DNA of 60,566 bases from Acidobacteria bacterium 13_1_40CM_65_14 (GCA_001917905.1 MNEX01000162.1:1-60566); one strand, 5' to 3'. Shown: positions 39,055 through 50,398, counted from the first letter of the stretch. Translations and numbers: made by a program. Notes: generated from the sequence alone by a model not told the origin.

Positions 39055-39684
39055 CTACGAGAACGAAAACGGCGGATAGTCGTCGACGAGCAGGAGCATG
39101 TACGCTTCGACGCGGAGCAGCCAGCGCAGGACTCCGACGCCGAAGTCGTACAGCCCCTGCGGATACGCTCCCGTCAACAGAATCGCCAGCCACGCCACGA
39201 ACGACGTGATCCACCACGCGAAGACGAGGCACACCAGCACGATGACGTGCGGGATGCCGAGGAAAATCCGGAAGCCGACCGTCACGCGATCGCGCGGGCC
39301 GATCGGATCGACGATCGTGAGCGACGCCGGATACGGTGCGTCGCCAAACGGCGGATACGGATCCTCGAGCAGCATCAGATACGCGAGCGCGCGAACGCGC
39401 CATCGCATGTAGAACGCGGTGAACTGACGGATGCCGGTGACGTGCCGGCCGGTGAAGACGATCGTGAACCAGCTCACGATCGCGAGGAAGAACGCAACCG
39501 CTCCGAGCAGCCCCGATTCACTCCCAAGCCTCGTCCTCGAATCGTCGTGAATCCACGCGAAACCGAGGCCGACGCCGCCGACGAGAATCAGGTGCGGAAT
39601 CGCGAGAATCAGCCGAAACGCGGTGGTCAGCCGGTTGCGGTTTGTCAGCGCAGGGGTCACGTCAACGGAGACTGGGTAAGACAT
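39055..39684 (-). CDS. DUF4389-family membrane protein
   Basis: MSYPVSVDVTPALTNRNRLTTAFRLILAIPHLILVGG.., duplicated as ..RDRVTVGFRIFLGIPHVIVL. Confidence 0.8.
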   Translation of the reverse strand: MSYPVSVDVTPALTNRNRLTTAFRLILAIPHLILVGGVGLGFAWIHDDSRTRLGSESGLLGAVAFFLAIVSWFTIVFTGRHVTGIRQFTAFYMRWRVRALAYLMLLEDPYPPFGDAPYPASLTIVDPIGPRDRVTVGFRIFLGIPHVIVLVCLVFAWWITSFVAWLAILLTGAYPQGLYDFGVGVLRWLLRVEAYMLLLVDDYPPFSFS

Positions 39685-39714
39685 AGAAAAGCGCCACGAG
39701 TCCGGTTCAAATTA

Positions 39715-39810
39715 CCTCGCCACCACGGGGGACACGGAGGATAGGAGGTTCGAACCTGTTCAAAGCGGGATTTTTCCTCCGCGTCCCCCGTGTCCTCCGC
39801 GGTGGAGAGC
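39715..39810. repeat. A-family hairpin repeat, copy A4 (left composite inverted repeat, part 1)
   Basis: cctcgccaccacgggggacacggaggataggaggttcgaacctgttcaaagcgggatttttcctccgcgtcccccgtgtcctccgcggtggagagc. It closely matches the reverse complement of A5. Confidence 0.9.
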
Positions 39811-39830
39811 TTCGATTCTGCAACATGCGC

Positions 39831-39975
39831 TAACAGCCCGTGGTGAAAGTCTGGCTGCATTCGACGGGCGATGCATCCCCGCCGGCTGCGTTGCTCCTCG
39901 CTCAAATACTCCCGGTATTGCACCCCACCTCGCCCGTCTCGGTGCGACGCCAGACTTTCACCACGGGCTGCTAAG
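39831..39975. repeat. B element, 145 nt, perfect 21-bp terminal inverted repeats (MITE-like or structured RNA), left copy
   Basis: AGCCCGTGGTGAAAGTCTGGC ... GCCAGACTTTCACCACGGGCT. Its reverse complement is identical to the copy at 47841-48006 over about 47 nt and about 89 nt blocks, differing only in a central 8- versus 29-nt segment. Confidence 0.93.
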
Positions 39976-40032
39976 GGCTGAGAGCGCACGCCGACAGCTG
40001 AGAGCTGATCGCGTATTGTGCAATGATGCCGC

Positions 40033-40821
40033 GTGCGGATTATATGCGTGGTGCTAGTCGGGACACTAGCGGCGTGCGTACTTTTCGGCACGGCGCAGAG
40101 CGCGGCGCCCGTGGTCGAAAAGGGCGCGCTGCGGCTTCACTACGTGCAGATCGGAATGACCGTGACGGGTCACGTGCCGAACGGGATGACGATCGAGCAG
40201 GCCGCCGCGGCGGGGATGGATCACATCGCGCATCTGCCGATTCGCGGCGACGCGGGCAGCGACGAGGTCAACAAGACGATCGCCTTCCTGCGCGAGCACA
40301 AGACGGTGATCGATCCGACGCAGTCGTGGAACGAGCTGCTCGGCCACGCAGCGGGGACGCCGATCGCCGCGTTCCAGCCGGGCGTCGCGAAGATTCCGCC
40401 GCCGCTGAATCGCTTGTTTTCCAGTGCCGGCGCCGACGGTATCGACGCCGCGACGGCGCGCAGCCGTCTCGAACGCGGCCTCCGCATCGTCAAGGCGCTG
40501 CACGACGCGGGTGTCCCGGTCGTCGTCGGCACGGACGAAGGCATTCCGGGCCACAGCGTGCATCGGGAGATCGAGTTGTACGTCGAAGCGGGACTGACAC
40601 CCATGCAGGCGCTGCAGGCGGCGACAAGCGTTTCAGCACGCGCGATGAAACTCGACGCCGAGCTCGGCACGATCGAGCGCGGCAAGCGGGCGGACCTGGT
40701 CGTCCTGAACGCGAATCCGCTCGATCGGATTCGCAATATTCGCAGCGTGCGATGGACGATCACCGACGGCCGCGTGTACGACGCGCCGGCGCTTTGGAAG
40801 AGCGTCCGCTTTCAGCCTTGA
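40033..40821 (+). CDS. amidohydrolase-family protein, short (C-terminal part of the TIM barrel only)
   Basis: Signal-like start MRIICVVLVGTLAACVLFG, then ..VVVGTDEGIPGHSVHREIELYVEAGLTPMQALQAATSVSARAMKLDAELGTIERGKRADLVVLNANPL... I could not find the N-terminal HxH metal motif. Confidence 0.65.
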   Translation: MRIICVVLVGTLAACVLFGTAQSAAPVVEKGALRLHYVQIGMTVTGHVPNGMTIEQAAAAGMDHIAHLPIRGDAGSDEVNKTIAFLREHKTVIDPTQSWNELLGHAAGTPIAAFQPGVAKIPPPLNRLFSSAGADGIDAATARSRLERGLRIVKALHDAGVPVVVGTDEGIPGHSVHREIELYVEAGLTPMQALQAATSVSARAMKLDAELGTIERGKRADLVVLNANPLDRIRNIRSVRWTITDGRVYDAPALWKSVRFQP

Positions 40822-41013
40822 CTCGTTCATGTGTTGATTCGTGACCCGGACCGTTCGCGCTCGACTGCTCATCGGTGGCTTCGGAATCGTCGTACTCGTC
40901 TGCTCGTTCGATCATGACGCGATCCGATCTGCGAGGCCCCTAAACAGCCGCCTTCTCGTTCCTGATGATGGCCGCTGCGGCAGCGACCACTCCGCCAATA
41001 GGGATCGGACGCT

Positions 41014-41289
41014 TCACGATGTGAAACCCAGATACGTCTTCAGATCCTTCAGCACATGATCCGGCTGTGGTAAGCCCTGCAAGTCGACGATCGCCAGCAG
41101 CGGCTTCGCGCCCGGACGTAGACACCGCCGCATCGTGGTCCACGTGTCCGTCGCGACGACCTCGAATCCTTCTTCGATCAATTGTGCGCGCAGCAACGCC
41201 CGCGGTCGCCACTCGGTCGCGAGCAGGACGATGTCCGGCGGGAGTGGACGCGTGTTCGTCTTCTGTGAGGTGATCGTCAATGGAACCAA
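41014..41289 (-). CDS. possible receiver-like (degenerate CheY-fold) small protein
   Basis: ..DIVLLATEWRPRALLRAQLIEEGFEVVATDTWTTMRRCL..PLLAIVDLQGLP.. has a REC-like pattern but lacks the acidic DD pair. Its TTG start overlaps the stop of the patatin remnant. Confidence 0.35.
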   Translation of the reverse strand: MVPLTITSQKTNTRPLPPDIVLLATEWRPRALLRAQLIEEGFEVVATDTWTTMRRCLRPGAKPLLAIVDLQGLPQPDHVLKDLKTYLGFTS

Positions 41290-41435
41290 CGATCGATGCG
41301 GCGTAACACCGCTTCATTCACCGCGGCCTCGCCGTTCCGCACCGCCATGAGCGGACCGCCGCGCGGCGCCCTTCGCGCGACGCGCCGGTTCAGGTTGCGG
41401 CGGCCGCGCGCGTGTACCTGGACTGGACAGACCGT
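41277..41435 (-). pseudogene. remnant of a second patatin-like gene (C-terminal 52 codons only)
   Basis: [36 protein letters not shown] aligns with the C-terminus of the intact patatin gene, [37 protein letters not shown]... The upstream part is replaced by the nadE 5' region. Confidence 0.65.
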
Positions 41436-41521
41436 GCACGATTTGTTCCTCTCGCGCGCTGCAACACGACTTACCATCAAAAACTGAGATGCGTGCCGCG
41501 ACTGACAATTCCTTTCATTCC

Positions 41522-43535
<2,014 letters not shown>

Positions 43536-43561
<26 letters not shown>

Positions 43562-44336
43562 ACCAACCGTGGATCCGGCCCAACACCTCTCCATTCACCG
43601 CGGCGTCGCCGCTGCGCACCGCCATCATCAGACCGCGATGGGGTGCCCATAACGTCCCCGTGCCCGCCATGCGTGGTCGAATCCAGACCGTTTTCTCGTC
43701 AGTCGGGGGCGCCGCTCCCAGCCACCGGCAGTCCGAGACGATGACGTGCGTGGCGCCGATCGCGGGACAACGAGCGAACGCGAGCGGAACGGGATCGCTG
43801 ATCCCGCCGTCGGTCAACTGGTAGCGTTCCTGACCGCAGACGACGTGAACATTCGGGAACAGGCGAGGGATCGATGCGCTCGCCTTCACGATGTCAATCA
43901 GCCTGGCGCCCCGATCGCAACCGGTCCAGAAGTAGCGCGGTCGACCAGCCGATCGATCGTGGCAGGCGATGCCAAGACACTGCACGCCATGATGGAGCCG
44001 ATCGAAGGTGGCTGCCTCGAGCTGACGGAGCCGATCGGGAATGACGCCGCACCATCGGCCGAGCGCGCGGTCGAAGCGGTAGCCGAGATGCACGTTGAGG
44101 CTGTGCGTGAGCAGGTGTCGGCCGCTGAATGTTTCCGCGTCGGCCATCAAATCCTCGAGGTCGAGTCCAACGGCCGCGTAGTACGCCGCGATGACGGCGC
44201 CCGCGCTGACCCCGACGATCGCGTCGATCCGGATGCCGTCACGAATCAGGCGTCGAAGCACACCGACATGGGCCGCGCCCCGCAATCCGCCCGCGCTCAG
44301 CACGACTGCGAGACGAACCGGTTCGCGCGCCAACAT
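43536..44336 (-). CDS. patatin-like phospholipase
   Basis: [15 protein letters not shown] (oxyanion Gly-rich), GVSAGA (GxSxG) and TDGGISD (DGG Asp). Only the last 266 codons of track ORF 43536..45584 are used. Confidence 0.9.
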
Positions 44337-44338
44337 CC

Positions 44339-45640
44339 TCAAGCGTGTTCTTCGAGCGCGTGGAATACCCGCCCGCGAGTCTCCGGACCGATCCAGATCA
44401 GCATCGAGAGAACCACGCCGGACCCCGCGATGCAGAGGGCCATCGCCGTCGGGAGCGCAAGACCGCGATCCTGAAGCAGACCGACGAGGGTCGGCGTGAA
44501 CGATCCGAGTCCCGCGCCGACGTGGTACGCAAAGCCGGCGCCCGCCGCGCGCGCGACCGTCGGGAAGCGCTCGGTCAGATACGCCGGCACGATGCCGAAG
44601 TTGCCGGCGCCGAAGAATCCCATCGCGAGCGCGCCGATCCACAGAAGCGCCGTGTCGGCCGTGAAGACGTACAGCGGAATGAAGGCCACGGCGACCAGCG
44701 TCGAGATGATGGCCGCGCCACGCCGGCCGAGCGACGTTTCCGACAGCCGCCCGATCGCCACGGCGCCGGCGATGGCGCCGACGTTGAACGCGAGCAGGAA
44801 GGGCAGCGGCTGGCGATGGAGCTTGCTGAGCAGCGTCGGATACCAGTACGTGATCGAGTGGTACATGAAGAGGAACGCGCCCATCATGATCGACGTGTGC
44901 AGCGTCGTCGCGAGCACATCGCGCGTGAAGAGCCGACCGAGCGACATCGGATCGCGTTCGTTCCGGCTCTTCAAGTGCCGCTGCCGTTCGAGCCATACCG
45001 GACTCTCTTTGACGCGCTTCATGATGAAGAGCACGAGCAGCGCCGGCAACACGCCGATCCACAACATGGCGCGCCACCCGAGATCGGGACGCCGATTCAC
45101 AATCGGATAGCCGAACTGATACACGAGGGACGAGAGGAGGAACCCGAGCGAGTAGCCGCTCTGCATCATCCCTGATGCCATGCCGCGCAGCTTCGCCGGC
45201 CAGTGCTCGAGCGTCAGCGGCATGCCGGCCGCCCACACGCCGCCCATGCCGATGCCGAAGAGCGCCCGGCACGCGAACAACATTCCGTACGACGTCGAGA
45301 AGCCGCTGAGAAATGCGAACGCGGAATACCAGAGGATCGAAAACATCAGAGGGCCTTTGCGGCCCCAGCGATCCGCCGCCGTGCCCGCGCCGATGCCGCC
45401 CGCGACGCGGAACATCAACGTGATCTGTCCCAGCAGGCCGGCCAGTGTGGCGTTGACCGCGAAGCTTCGCTGGATGTCGACGAGGAGGAAGGTGAGGATC
45501 GTGTAGTCGAATCCGTCCAGCATCCACCCGAGGTACGAGCCGACGAAGGCCATCCACTGCTCGCGCGTGACCTCGCGGTACCACGCGCCGGTTGGACGTT
45601 GTTCCCGTGTCGCGCGCGGGTTGACCGTGACCTGAGCCAT
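44339..45640 (-). CDS. MFS transporter
   Basis: 12-TM pattern, ..GWMLDGFDYTILTFLL.. and ..AADRWGRKGPL.. (MFS loop 2-3 motif). Met 45640 is preferred over the track start at 45991. Confidence 0.88.
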   Translation of the reverse strand: MAQVTVNPRATREQRPTGAWYREVTREQWMAFVGSYLGWMLDGFDYTILTFLLVDIQRSFAVNATLAGLLGQITLMFRVAGGIGAGTAADRWGRKGPLMFSILWYSAFAFLSGFSTSYGMLFACRALFGIGMGGVWAAGMPLTLEHWPAKLRGMASGMMQSGYSLGFLLSSLVYQFGYPIVNRRPDLGWRAMLWIGVLPALLVLFIMKRVKESPVWLERQRHLKSRNERDPMSLGRLFTRDVLATTLHTSIMMGAFLFMYHSITYWYPTLLSKLHRQPLPFLLAFNVGAIAGAVAIGRLSETSLGRRGAAIISTLVAVAFIPLYVFTADTALLWIGALAMGFFGAGNFGIVPAYLTERFPTVARAAGAGFAYHVGAGLGSFTPTLVGLLQDRGLALPTAMALCIAGSGVVLSMLIWIGPETRGRVFHALEEHA

Positions 45641-45696
45641 GCGTCTTAGCGGACCGTCTGAGCTGATTGAGTACTGTTCACAACAAGCCTTCGCCA

Positions 45697-47805
45697 CTAA
45701 GGGTTCGAGGGTTGCGTCGTGGCGAGGTAGCGCGCGAGCCAGTCGTGAACTTCTTTGTACCAGACCATGCTGTTCTGCGGCTTGAGAATCCAGTGTCCTT
45801 CGTCCGGAAAGATGAGGAGCCGCGAGGGCACGCCCTGACGCTGCATCGCGGTGTAGAACTCGAGGCTTTGCGTGTACGGCACGCGATAGTCCTGTTCGCC
45901 CGCGATCACGAGCGTCGGCGTCTTGAACTTCCCGAAGTCCGCCGCGTACGAGCTCGGTGACCACTTCTGATAGGCGGCCGGACTGGTCCACGGCGTGCCG
46001 CCGAAATCATGCTCCGGAAACCAGAGCTCTTCGGTCGCGCCGTACATACTCGTCAGGTCGTAGACGCCGGCGTGCGAGATGAGCGCGCGAAACCGCCCGT
46101 TCGACTGCGACGCGAGCCAGTCCACCATGTAGCCGCCGTACGAGCCGCCGGCCGCCGCGACGCGCTGACGATCCGTGAACGAGTACCGGGCGAGCACCGA
46201 CTCCAGACCGTTCATCACGTCGGCGAACGCTTTGCCGCCCCAGTCGTTCGTGATCTCGTCGGTGAACTTCTGACCGAAGCCCGTCGAGCCGCGGCGATTG
46301 ATCAGCACGACGACGTAACCGGGCGACGCGAAGGTTTGCGCGTTCCAGCGATAGCTCCACGTGTCGCTCCACTGCGTCTGCGGACCGCCGTGCAGCAGCA
46401 GGACGACCGGATACTTTTTCGCGGCGTCGAACGCGGGCGGCCGCACGAGGAAGCCCTGGACGTCGGTGCCGCCAGCGCCCTTGAACGTGAACGACTCCGG
46501 CGTCGCGATGTCGAGCGGCGCGAGGACGCTGGCCGTGTGACGGGTGAGCGGCTTCGCGGCGCCGTTCGCCGAGATCGCGAAGAGCTCCGCCGGCGACGCC
46601 AGGCTGCTGCGCGACACCACCAGCGCGTCGCGCACCGCGTCGAACTCGCCGTCGAACGAGCCGGGCGTGATCGCCTTCGGAGCGCCTCCAGCCGCTGGGA
46701 TCATGAACACGGGCATCTCGCCGCGATCCTCGGCGTTGAAGTAGATCGACCGGCCGTCTGACGACCAGCGCAGGTCCTCGACGCTGCGATCGAACGCGTC
46801 GGTGAGGCTCGTGGATTTGCCCGTCGCGCGATCCATCAGCATCAGCCGCCACTTGTCAGTCTCGTAGCCAGGGCGCGCCTGCGATCGGTACGCGATCGAT
46901 GTGCCGTCCGGCGAATACGCGGGCGCGCCGTCGAATCCACGATTCGTCGTCAGCTTGCGCGGCGCTCCGGCCCTCGACTCGCTCTGCTCGCTCGGGCCGC
47001 CCTGAGCCTGTCGGAGGGCGCCGGTCACGTCGACCTCGAACAGGTCACCGTTGGTGCTCGTCGCCTCAACAGGCTCGGTGACAGCGGTGAAGCAGATCGT
47101 CTTGCTGTCGGGCGAGAACGCGATGGGATGCGGACCTTCGCGCTGAACCGGAGGCACGTCGTAGTCGGCGCCCGGCAACAGATCGCGCGCGTCTCCGCCA
47201 TTCGCCGAGACGATGAACGGATGCGTGCGCTTGCCCTCGCTCCACGACGACCAGTGACGATAGAGCAGCCGCTCGTAGATGCGCGCCTTGCTCGGATTCT
47301 CGCCGCGCGCCTTGTCCCGCGCCGCGTTGCACGCATCGTCTTTGCAGTCGGGATAGACCTCCGTCGTGAACGCGATCGAGCGGCCGTCGGGCGCCCAGAC
47401 AATGCCGTCGACGTCGCTCGAGACGTTCGTCACCTGTTTCGGGCTGCCGCTGCCGTCCGCGTTCATCACATACAGCTGCATGCTGCCGCTGCGAGTCGAG
47501 ATGAAGGCGATGCGCTTGCCGTCGGGCGACCACCGGCCGCGGCCTTCATGACCGCCTGTCGTCAGCGCACGCGCCTCGCTGCTGGCGAGCGTCACCATCC
47601 AGACGTCGCGCGCCATGCGATTCGCTTTCACATCCGGAACCGCAAGCGTGTAGACGACGCGCGTCCCGTCGGGTGAGAGCTGCGGTTCGGAGATTCGCGG
47701 CATCGACAGCAGATCGGCGACAGTGATGGGTCGTCCCGCCGCGTTGGCTGCGGCGACGGCAACAAGAACGATCAACGCAGAGATCGCAGAGGAGATCTTC
47801 TTCAT
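45697..47805 (-). CDS. S9-family serine peptidase (prolyl oligopeptidase/acylaminoacyl peptidase type) with an N-terminal beta-propeller
   Basis: Signal peptide, repeated ..SPDG..IAF.. blades, and a catalytic domain with GGSYGGYM, ..GEQDYRVP.. and ..DEGHW.. Confidence 0.92.
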   Translation of the reverse strand: MKKISSAISALIVLVAVAAANAAGRPITVADLLSMPRISEPQLSPDGTRVVYTLAVPDVKANRMARDVWMVTLASSEARALTTGGHEGRGRWSPDGKRIAFISTRSGSMQLYVMNADGSGSPKQVTNVSSDVDGIVWAPDGRSIAFTTEVYPDCKDDACNAARDKARGENPSKARIYERLLYRHWSSWSEGKRTHPFIVSANGGDARDLLPGADYDVPPVQREGPHPIAFSPDSKTICFTAVTEPVEATSTNGDLFEVDVTGALRQAQGGPSEQSESRAGAPRKLTTNRGFDGAPAYSPDGTSIAYRSQARPGYETDKWRLMLMDRATGKSTSLTDAFDRSVEDLRWSSDGRSIYFNAEDRGEMPVFMIPAAGGAPKAITPGSFDGEFDAVRDALVVSRSSLASPAELFAISANGAAKPLTRHTASVLAPLDIATPESFTFKGAGGTDVQGFLVRPPAFDAAKKYPVVLLLHGGPQTQWSDTWSYRWNAQTFASPGYVVVLINRRGSTGFGQKFTDEITNDWGGKAFADVMNGLESVLARYSFTDRQRVAAAGGSYGGYMVDWLASQSNGRFRALISHAGVYDLTSMYGATEELWFPEHDFGGTPWTSPAAYQKWSPSSYAADFGKFKTPTLVIAGEQDYRVPYTQSLEFYTAMQRQGVPSRLLIFPDEGHWILKPQNSMVWYKEVHDWLARYLATTQPSNP

Positions 47806-47840
47806 GACGTCGCATCATACCTTTAGAGTGCGCTGCAGAA

Positions 47841-48006
47841 TTAGCAGCCCGTGGTGAAAGTCTGGCGTCGCACCGAGACGGGCGAGGCGCCCCGCCGGCA
47901 AGGCGCGACGACCGAGAATACCGGGAGTATTTGAGCGAGGAGCAACGCAGCCGGCGGGGATGCATCGCCCGTCGAATGCAGCCAGACTTTCACCACGGGC
48001 TGTTAA
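47841..48006. repeat. B element, 166 nt, right copy (inverted relative to 39831-39975)
   Basis: ttagcagcccgtggtgaaagtctggcgtcgcaccgagacgggcgagg...aataccgggagtatttgagcgaggagcaacgcagccggcggggatgcatcgcccgtcgaatgcagccagactttcaccacgggctgttaa. Confidence 0.93.
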
Positions 48007-48007
48007 G

Positions 48008-48093
48008 CCTCGGTGGACACGGGGGACGCGGAGGAAGGTCTTGTTTGAATGGTTTTCAACCTCCTGTCCTCCGTGTCCCCCGTGGTGGTGAGG
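48008..48093. repeat. A-family hairpin repeat, copy A5 (right composite inverted repeat)
   Basis: cctcggtggacacgggggacgcggaggaaggtcttgtttgaatggttttcaacctcctgtcctccgtgtcccccgtggtggtgagg. Confidence 0.9.
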
Positions 48094-48104
48094 TCGTCTT
48101 GCTC

Positions 48105-49208
48105 TTAAATCCCGATGTAAATCCGGCGGCGATGCATCTCGCCGAGGACAAGCGCCCACAGCGCGACGTACGCGAGCGCGTAGCCGAGCGACGCTGCGTC
48201 CGCACCGCCACAACGGCCGAGCCACGACGCAAAGAGCATCTGGTAGAGAAACGCTTTGAGCGACGCGGGCTCCGGCCCGGCCGACACGGTCCAGCGCGTG
48301 AGGACGCTGTCCGAGCCGACCGACAGAAAATAGCCCGCGAGCGGATTGCGCCCGAACGCGATGAACGGCTGCGACCACGCGCGCCAGTGACGAACGTCCA
48401 GCAGCCAGTGACACGCGGCGAGCGCCTGCGCGGCGAGACCTGCGGTGAAGAGCGCGAACGAGCTCGTCCACAGGCTCTTGTTGATCGGAAACACAACATC
48501 CCAGACGAGCGCGACGAGGACAGCAACCGTGCCTGCCGCGAAAAGCGTCAGCGTGCGATGGCGCGCGCTCGGCGCGTTCAACCAGTCACCGGCGAACACC
48601 CCGAACAACGCGGTCGCGATCGCCGGCACCGTGCTGAGGAGTCCTTCGGGATCCCACGCGGGATAGAGCATGTGGCGCCCGAACACGAGACGGTCGATGA
48701 ACGATCCGATGTTGCATTCAGCCGACAGCGTCGGCATGTCGCAGCCGGGCACGGGCACCAGCGTGATCACGGCCCAGTAGCCGAGCAATGCGCCGAGGGC
48801 GGCGGCGATCTGCGTCCGCGTCGACGTGCGCTCCGTGAGCCACGACACCGCGAGGTAGACGAGCGCGATGCGCTGCAGGACACCGGGAAGGCGGAAGGTG
48901 GCCAGCGACAGCGGCGGCGCGGTTTCGATCACGTTGAGAATAAGACCGAGCGGGAACAGGATCGCGGCGCGGCGAACCACGTGGCGGCGCACCGATTGTC
49001 GGTCGCGGCGCCGCGCGAGCGCGAACGGGACGGCGGCGCCCATCGCGAACAGGAGAAACGGGAACACGAGGTCGGCGAGCGTCGACCCGTCCCAGGCGGC
49101 GTGCTCGAGCTGAGGATAGACGGCATCCCAGGTGCCTGGCGTGCTGACGAGAATCATCCCGGCGATCGTCAGCCCGCGAAACACATCGAGCGACTCGAGT
49201 CGTTGCAT
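48105..49208 (-). CDS. DUF1624/DUF5009 acyltransferase-like membrane protein (heparan-alpha-glucosaminide N-acetyltransferase-like)
   Basis: MQRLESLDVFRGLTIAGMILV.., ..LADLVFPFLLFAMGAA.., multi-TM. Its ATG overlaps the TAA of the upstream PIG-L gene (TAATG). Confidence 0.8.
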   Translation of the reverse strand: MQRLESLDVFRGLTIAGMILVSTPGTWDAVYPQLEHAAWDGSTLADLVFPFLLFAMGAAVPFALARRRDRQSVRRHVVRRAAILFPLGLILNVIETAPPLSLATFRLPGVLQRIALVYLAVSWLTERTSTRTQIAAALGALLGYWAVITLVPVPGCDMPTLSAECNIGSFIDRLVFGRHMLYPAWDPEGLLSTVPAIATALFGVFAGDWLNAPSARHRTLTLFAAGTVAVLVALVWDVVFPINKSLWTSSFALFTAGLAAQALAACHWLLDVRHWRAWSQPFIAFGRNPLAGYFLSVGSDSVLTRWTVSAGPEPASLKAFLYQMLFASWLGRCGGADAASLGYALAYVALWALVLGEMHRRRIYIGI

Positions 49209-50185
49209 TAACAACAGGGCTGAGGCTTGAGCGGGAGCACCACACGCGCCGGCGCCGGTCGCGAGAAGATCTCGTTGGTCCGGACGAAGCCATCGAGGAA
49301 CCATTTCATCGCGTGCTGCTGCGTCTTGTACTTCACGAGCGCGGCGCGCTTGGTTTTCATCTCGGCCGGCGTCAGCGGCACTTGGATCCAGCCCGACGCG
49401 CCGCCGTTCAAGCCGGGTGGCGCCGGCAGCGCTGATCGTTCGTCCTGGAACGGCCAGTCCTTGAAGTGCACGATGTAGTTCAACACGTCGGTCGAATAGT
49501 CCGGAAACACGCGACGCACGTCGCCGAGCGCGTCGGCGAGGAAGAACCACGCCGCGCAATGATCGGGATGCTGATCCTCCTTTCGCGGGACGAGGATCAG
49601 CGTCGGCTGGTAATCGCCAATCAGCTTTGCGAGCTCCTGCGTGAGATCTTCACCCCGATACTCGGTATCGGTCACGAACGTCTCGTTCAGCGGCGGCCGA
49701 TCGCGTCGCGTGTACGGCGACTTGTAAGGGTGACGGCGATCCGACCAGTACGTGCGAATCAGTTTGCAGAGGCCTTGATCGGGAAAGCTCAGGAACGTCG
49801 CCGCATCTTCGCCGAGACCGAGCGCGGCCAGCGCGGCGCGCGCTTCTTTCTGTCGGCGCCGTCCGTACCCGCGAAAGTCCTTCGCGGATGCCTTGCCGTC
49901 GCGGTTCTCCAGCTTCACGCCGTCGGCGAAGCCGTCGCCGTCGGTGAGGTAGGCCACGCGGACTTTGCCCCCGGCGACGCGGACCTGTTGGATCAATCCA
50001 CCCGCGGCCAGCACCTCATCGTCTGGGTGCGGCGCGACGACCAGCAGACGCGTGTCGCTGGTGATGACGAGAGGTGGGGTCTGTGGACGCGCGTGAGGAC
50101 GGCGAGCGGCGGCGCTGTCCTCGCAAAAGACCAGCAATACCGCGGCGATCGCCATCAGCCTTCGCGCAAAGCTCGAGCGCATCAT
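49208..50185 (-). CDS. PIG-L/LmbE-family N-acetylglucosaminyl deacetylase with a signal peptide
   Basis: MMRSSFARRLMAIAAVLLVF.., LLVVAPHPDDEVLAAGG and ..EDQHPDH... The track ORF start (50554) runs through the 12-mer array and is rejected. Confidence 0.85.
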   Translation of the reverse strand: MMRSSFARRLMAIAAVLLVFCEDSAAARRPHARPQTPPLVITSDTRLLVVAPHPDDEVLAAGGLIQQVRVAGGKVRVAYLTDGDGFADGVKLENRDGKASAKDFRGYGRRRQKEARAALAALGLGEDAATFLSFPDQGLCKLIRTYWSDRRHPYKSPYTRRDRPPLNETFVTDTEYRGEDLTQELAKLIGDYQPTLILVPRKEDQHPDHCAAWFFLADALGDVRRVFPDYSTDVLNYIVHFKDWPFQDERSALPAPPGLNGGASGWIQVPLTPAEMKTKRAALVKYKTQQHAMKWFLDGFVRTNEIFSRPAPARVVLPLKPQPCC

Positions 50186-50225
50186 CGTCGCCTGATGAGC
50201 TGAGCAAGCCTCGTACCGTGTCACG

Positions 50226-50390
50226 AGTCTGACCGTCAGTCTGACCGCCAGTCTGACTGTCAGTCTGACCGCTAGTCTGACCGTCAGTCTGACCGTCAGT
50301 CTGACCGCCAGTCTGACCGTCAGTCTGACCGTCAGTCTGACCGCCAGTCTGACCGCTAGTCTGACCGCCAGTCTGACCTCGAGTCTGACT
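50226..50390. repeat. 12-nt tandem repeat (AGTCTGACCGYC)n, 13 full units plus a partial unit
   Basis: Counted unit by unit. It is the same 12-mer as inside truB, in opposite orientation. It lies in the divergent gap between the PIG-L gene and the 50399 ORF. Confidence 0.97.
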
Positions 50391-50398
50391 TGTAAGGA

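Noticed and set aside
39740-39765. tRNA-like T-arm sequence GGTTCGAACC
   Set aside because: It is the loop region of the A4 hairpin. No acceptor stem, D-arm or anticodon arm can be drawn around it.
39831-39975. B element as a retron msr/msd or other retroelement RNA
   Set aside because: Terminal inverted repeats are reminiscent of retron a1/a2 stems. No reverse transcriptase or effector gene is adjacent to either copy, and the two copies are inverted around ordinary metabolic genes.
44337-45584. N-terminal 416 aa of track ORF 43536..45584
   Set aside because: This part overlaps the MFS transporter gene out of frame and has Arg/Gly/His-rich nonsense composition. Only the last 266 codons (patatin, from Met 44336) are credible.
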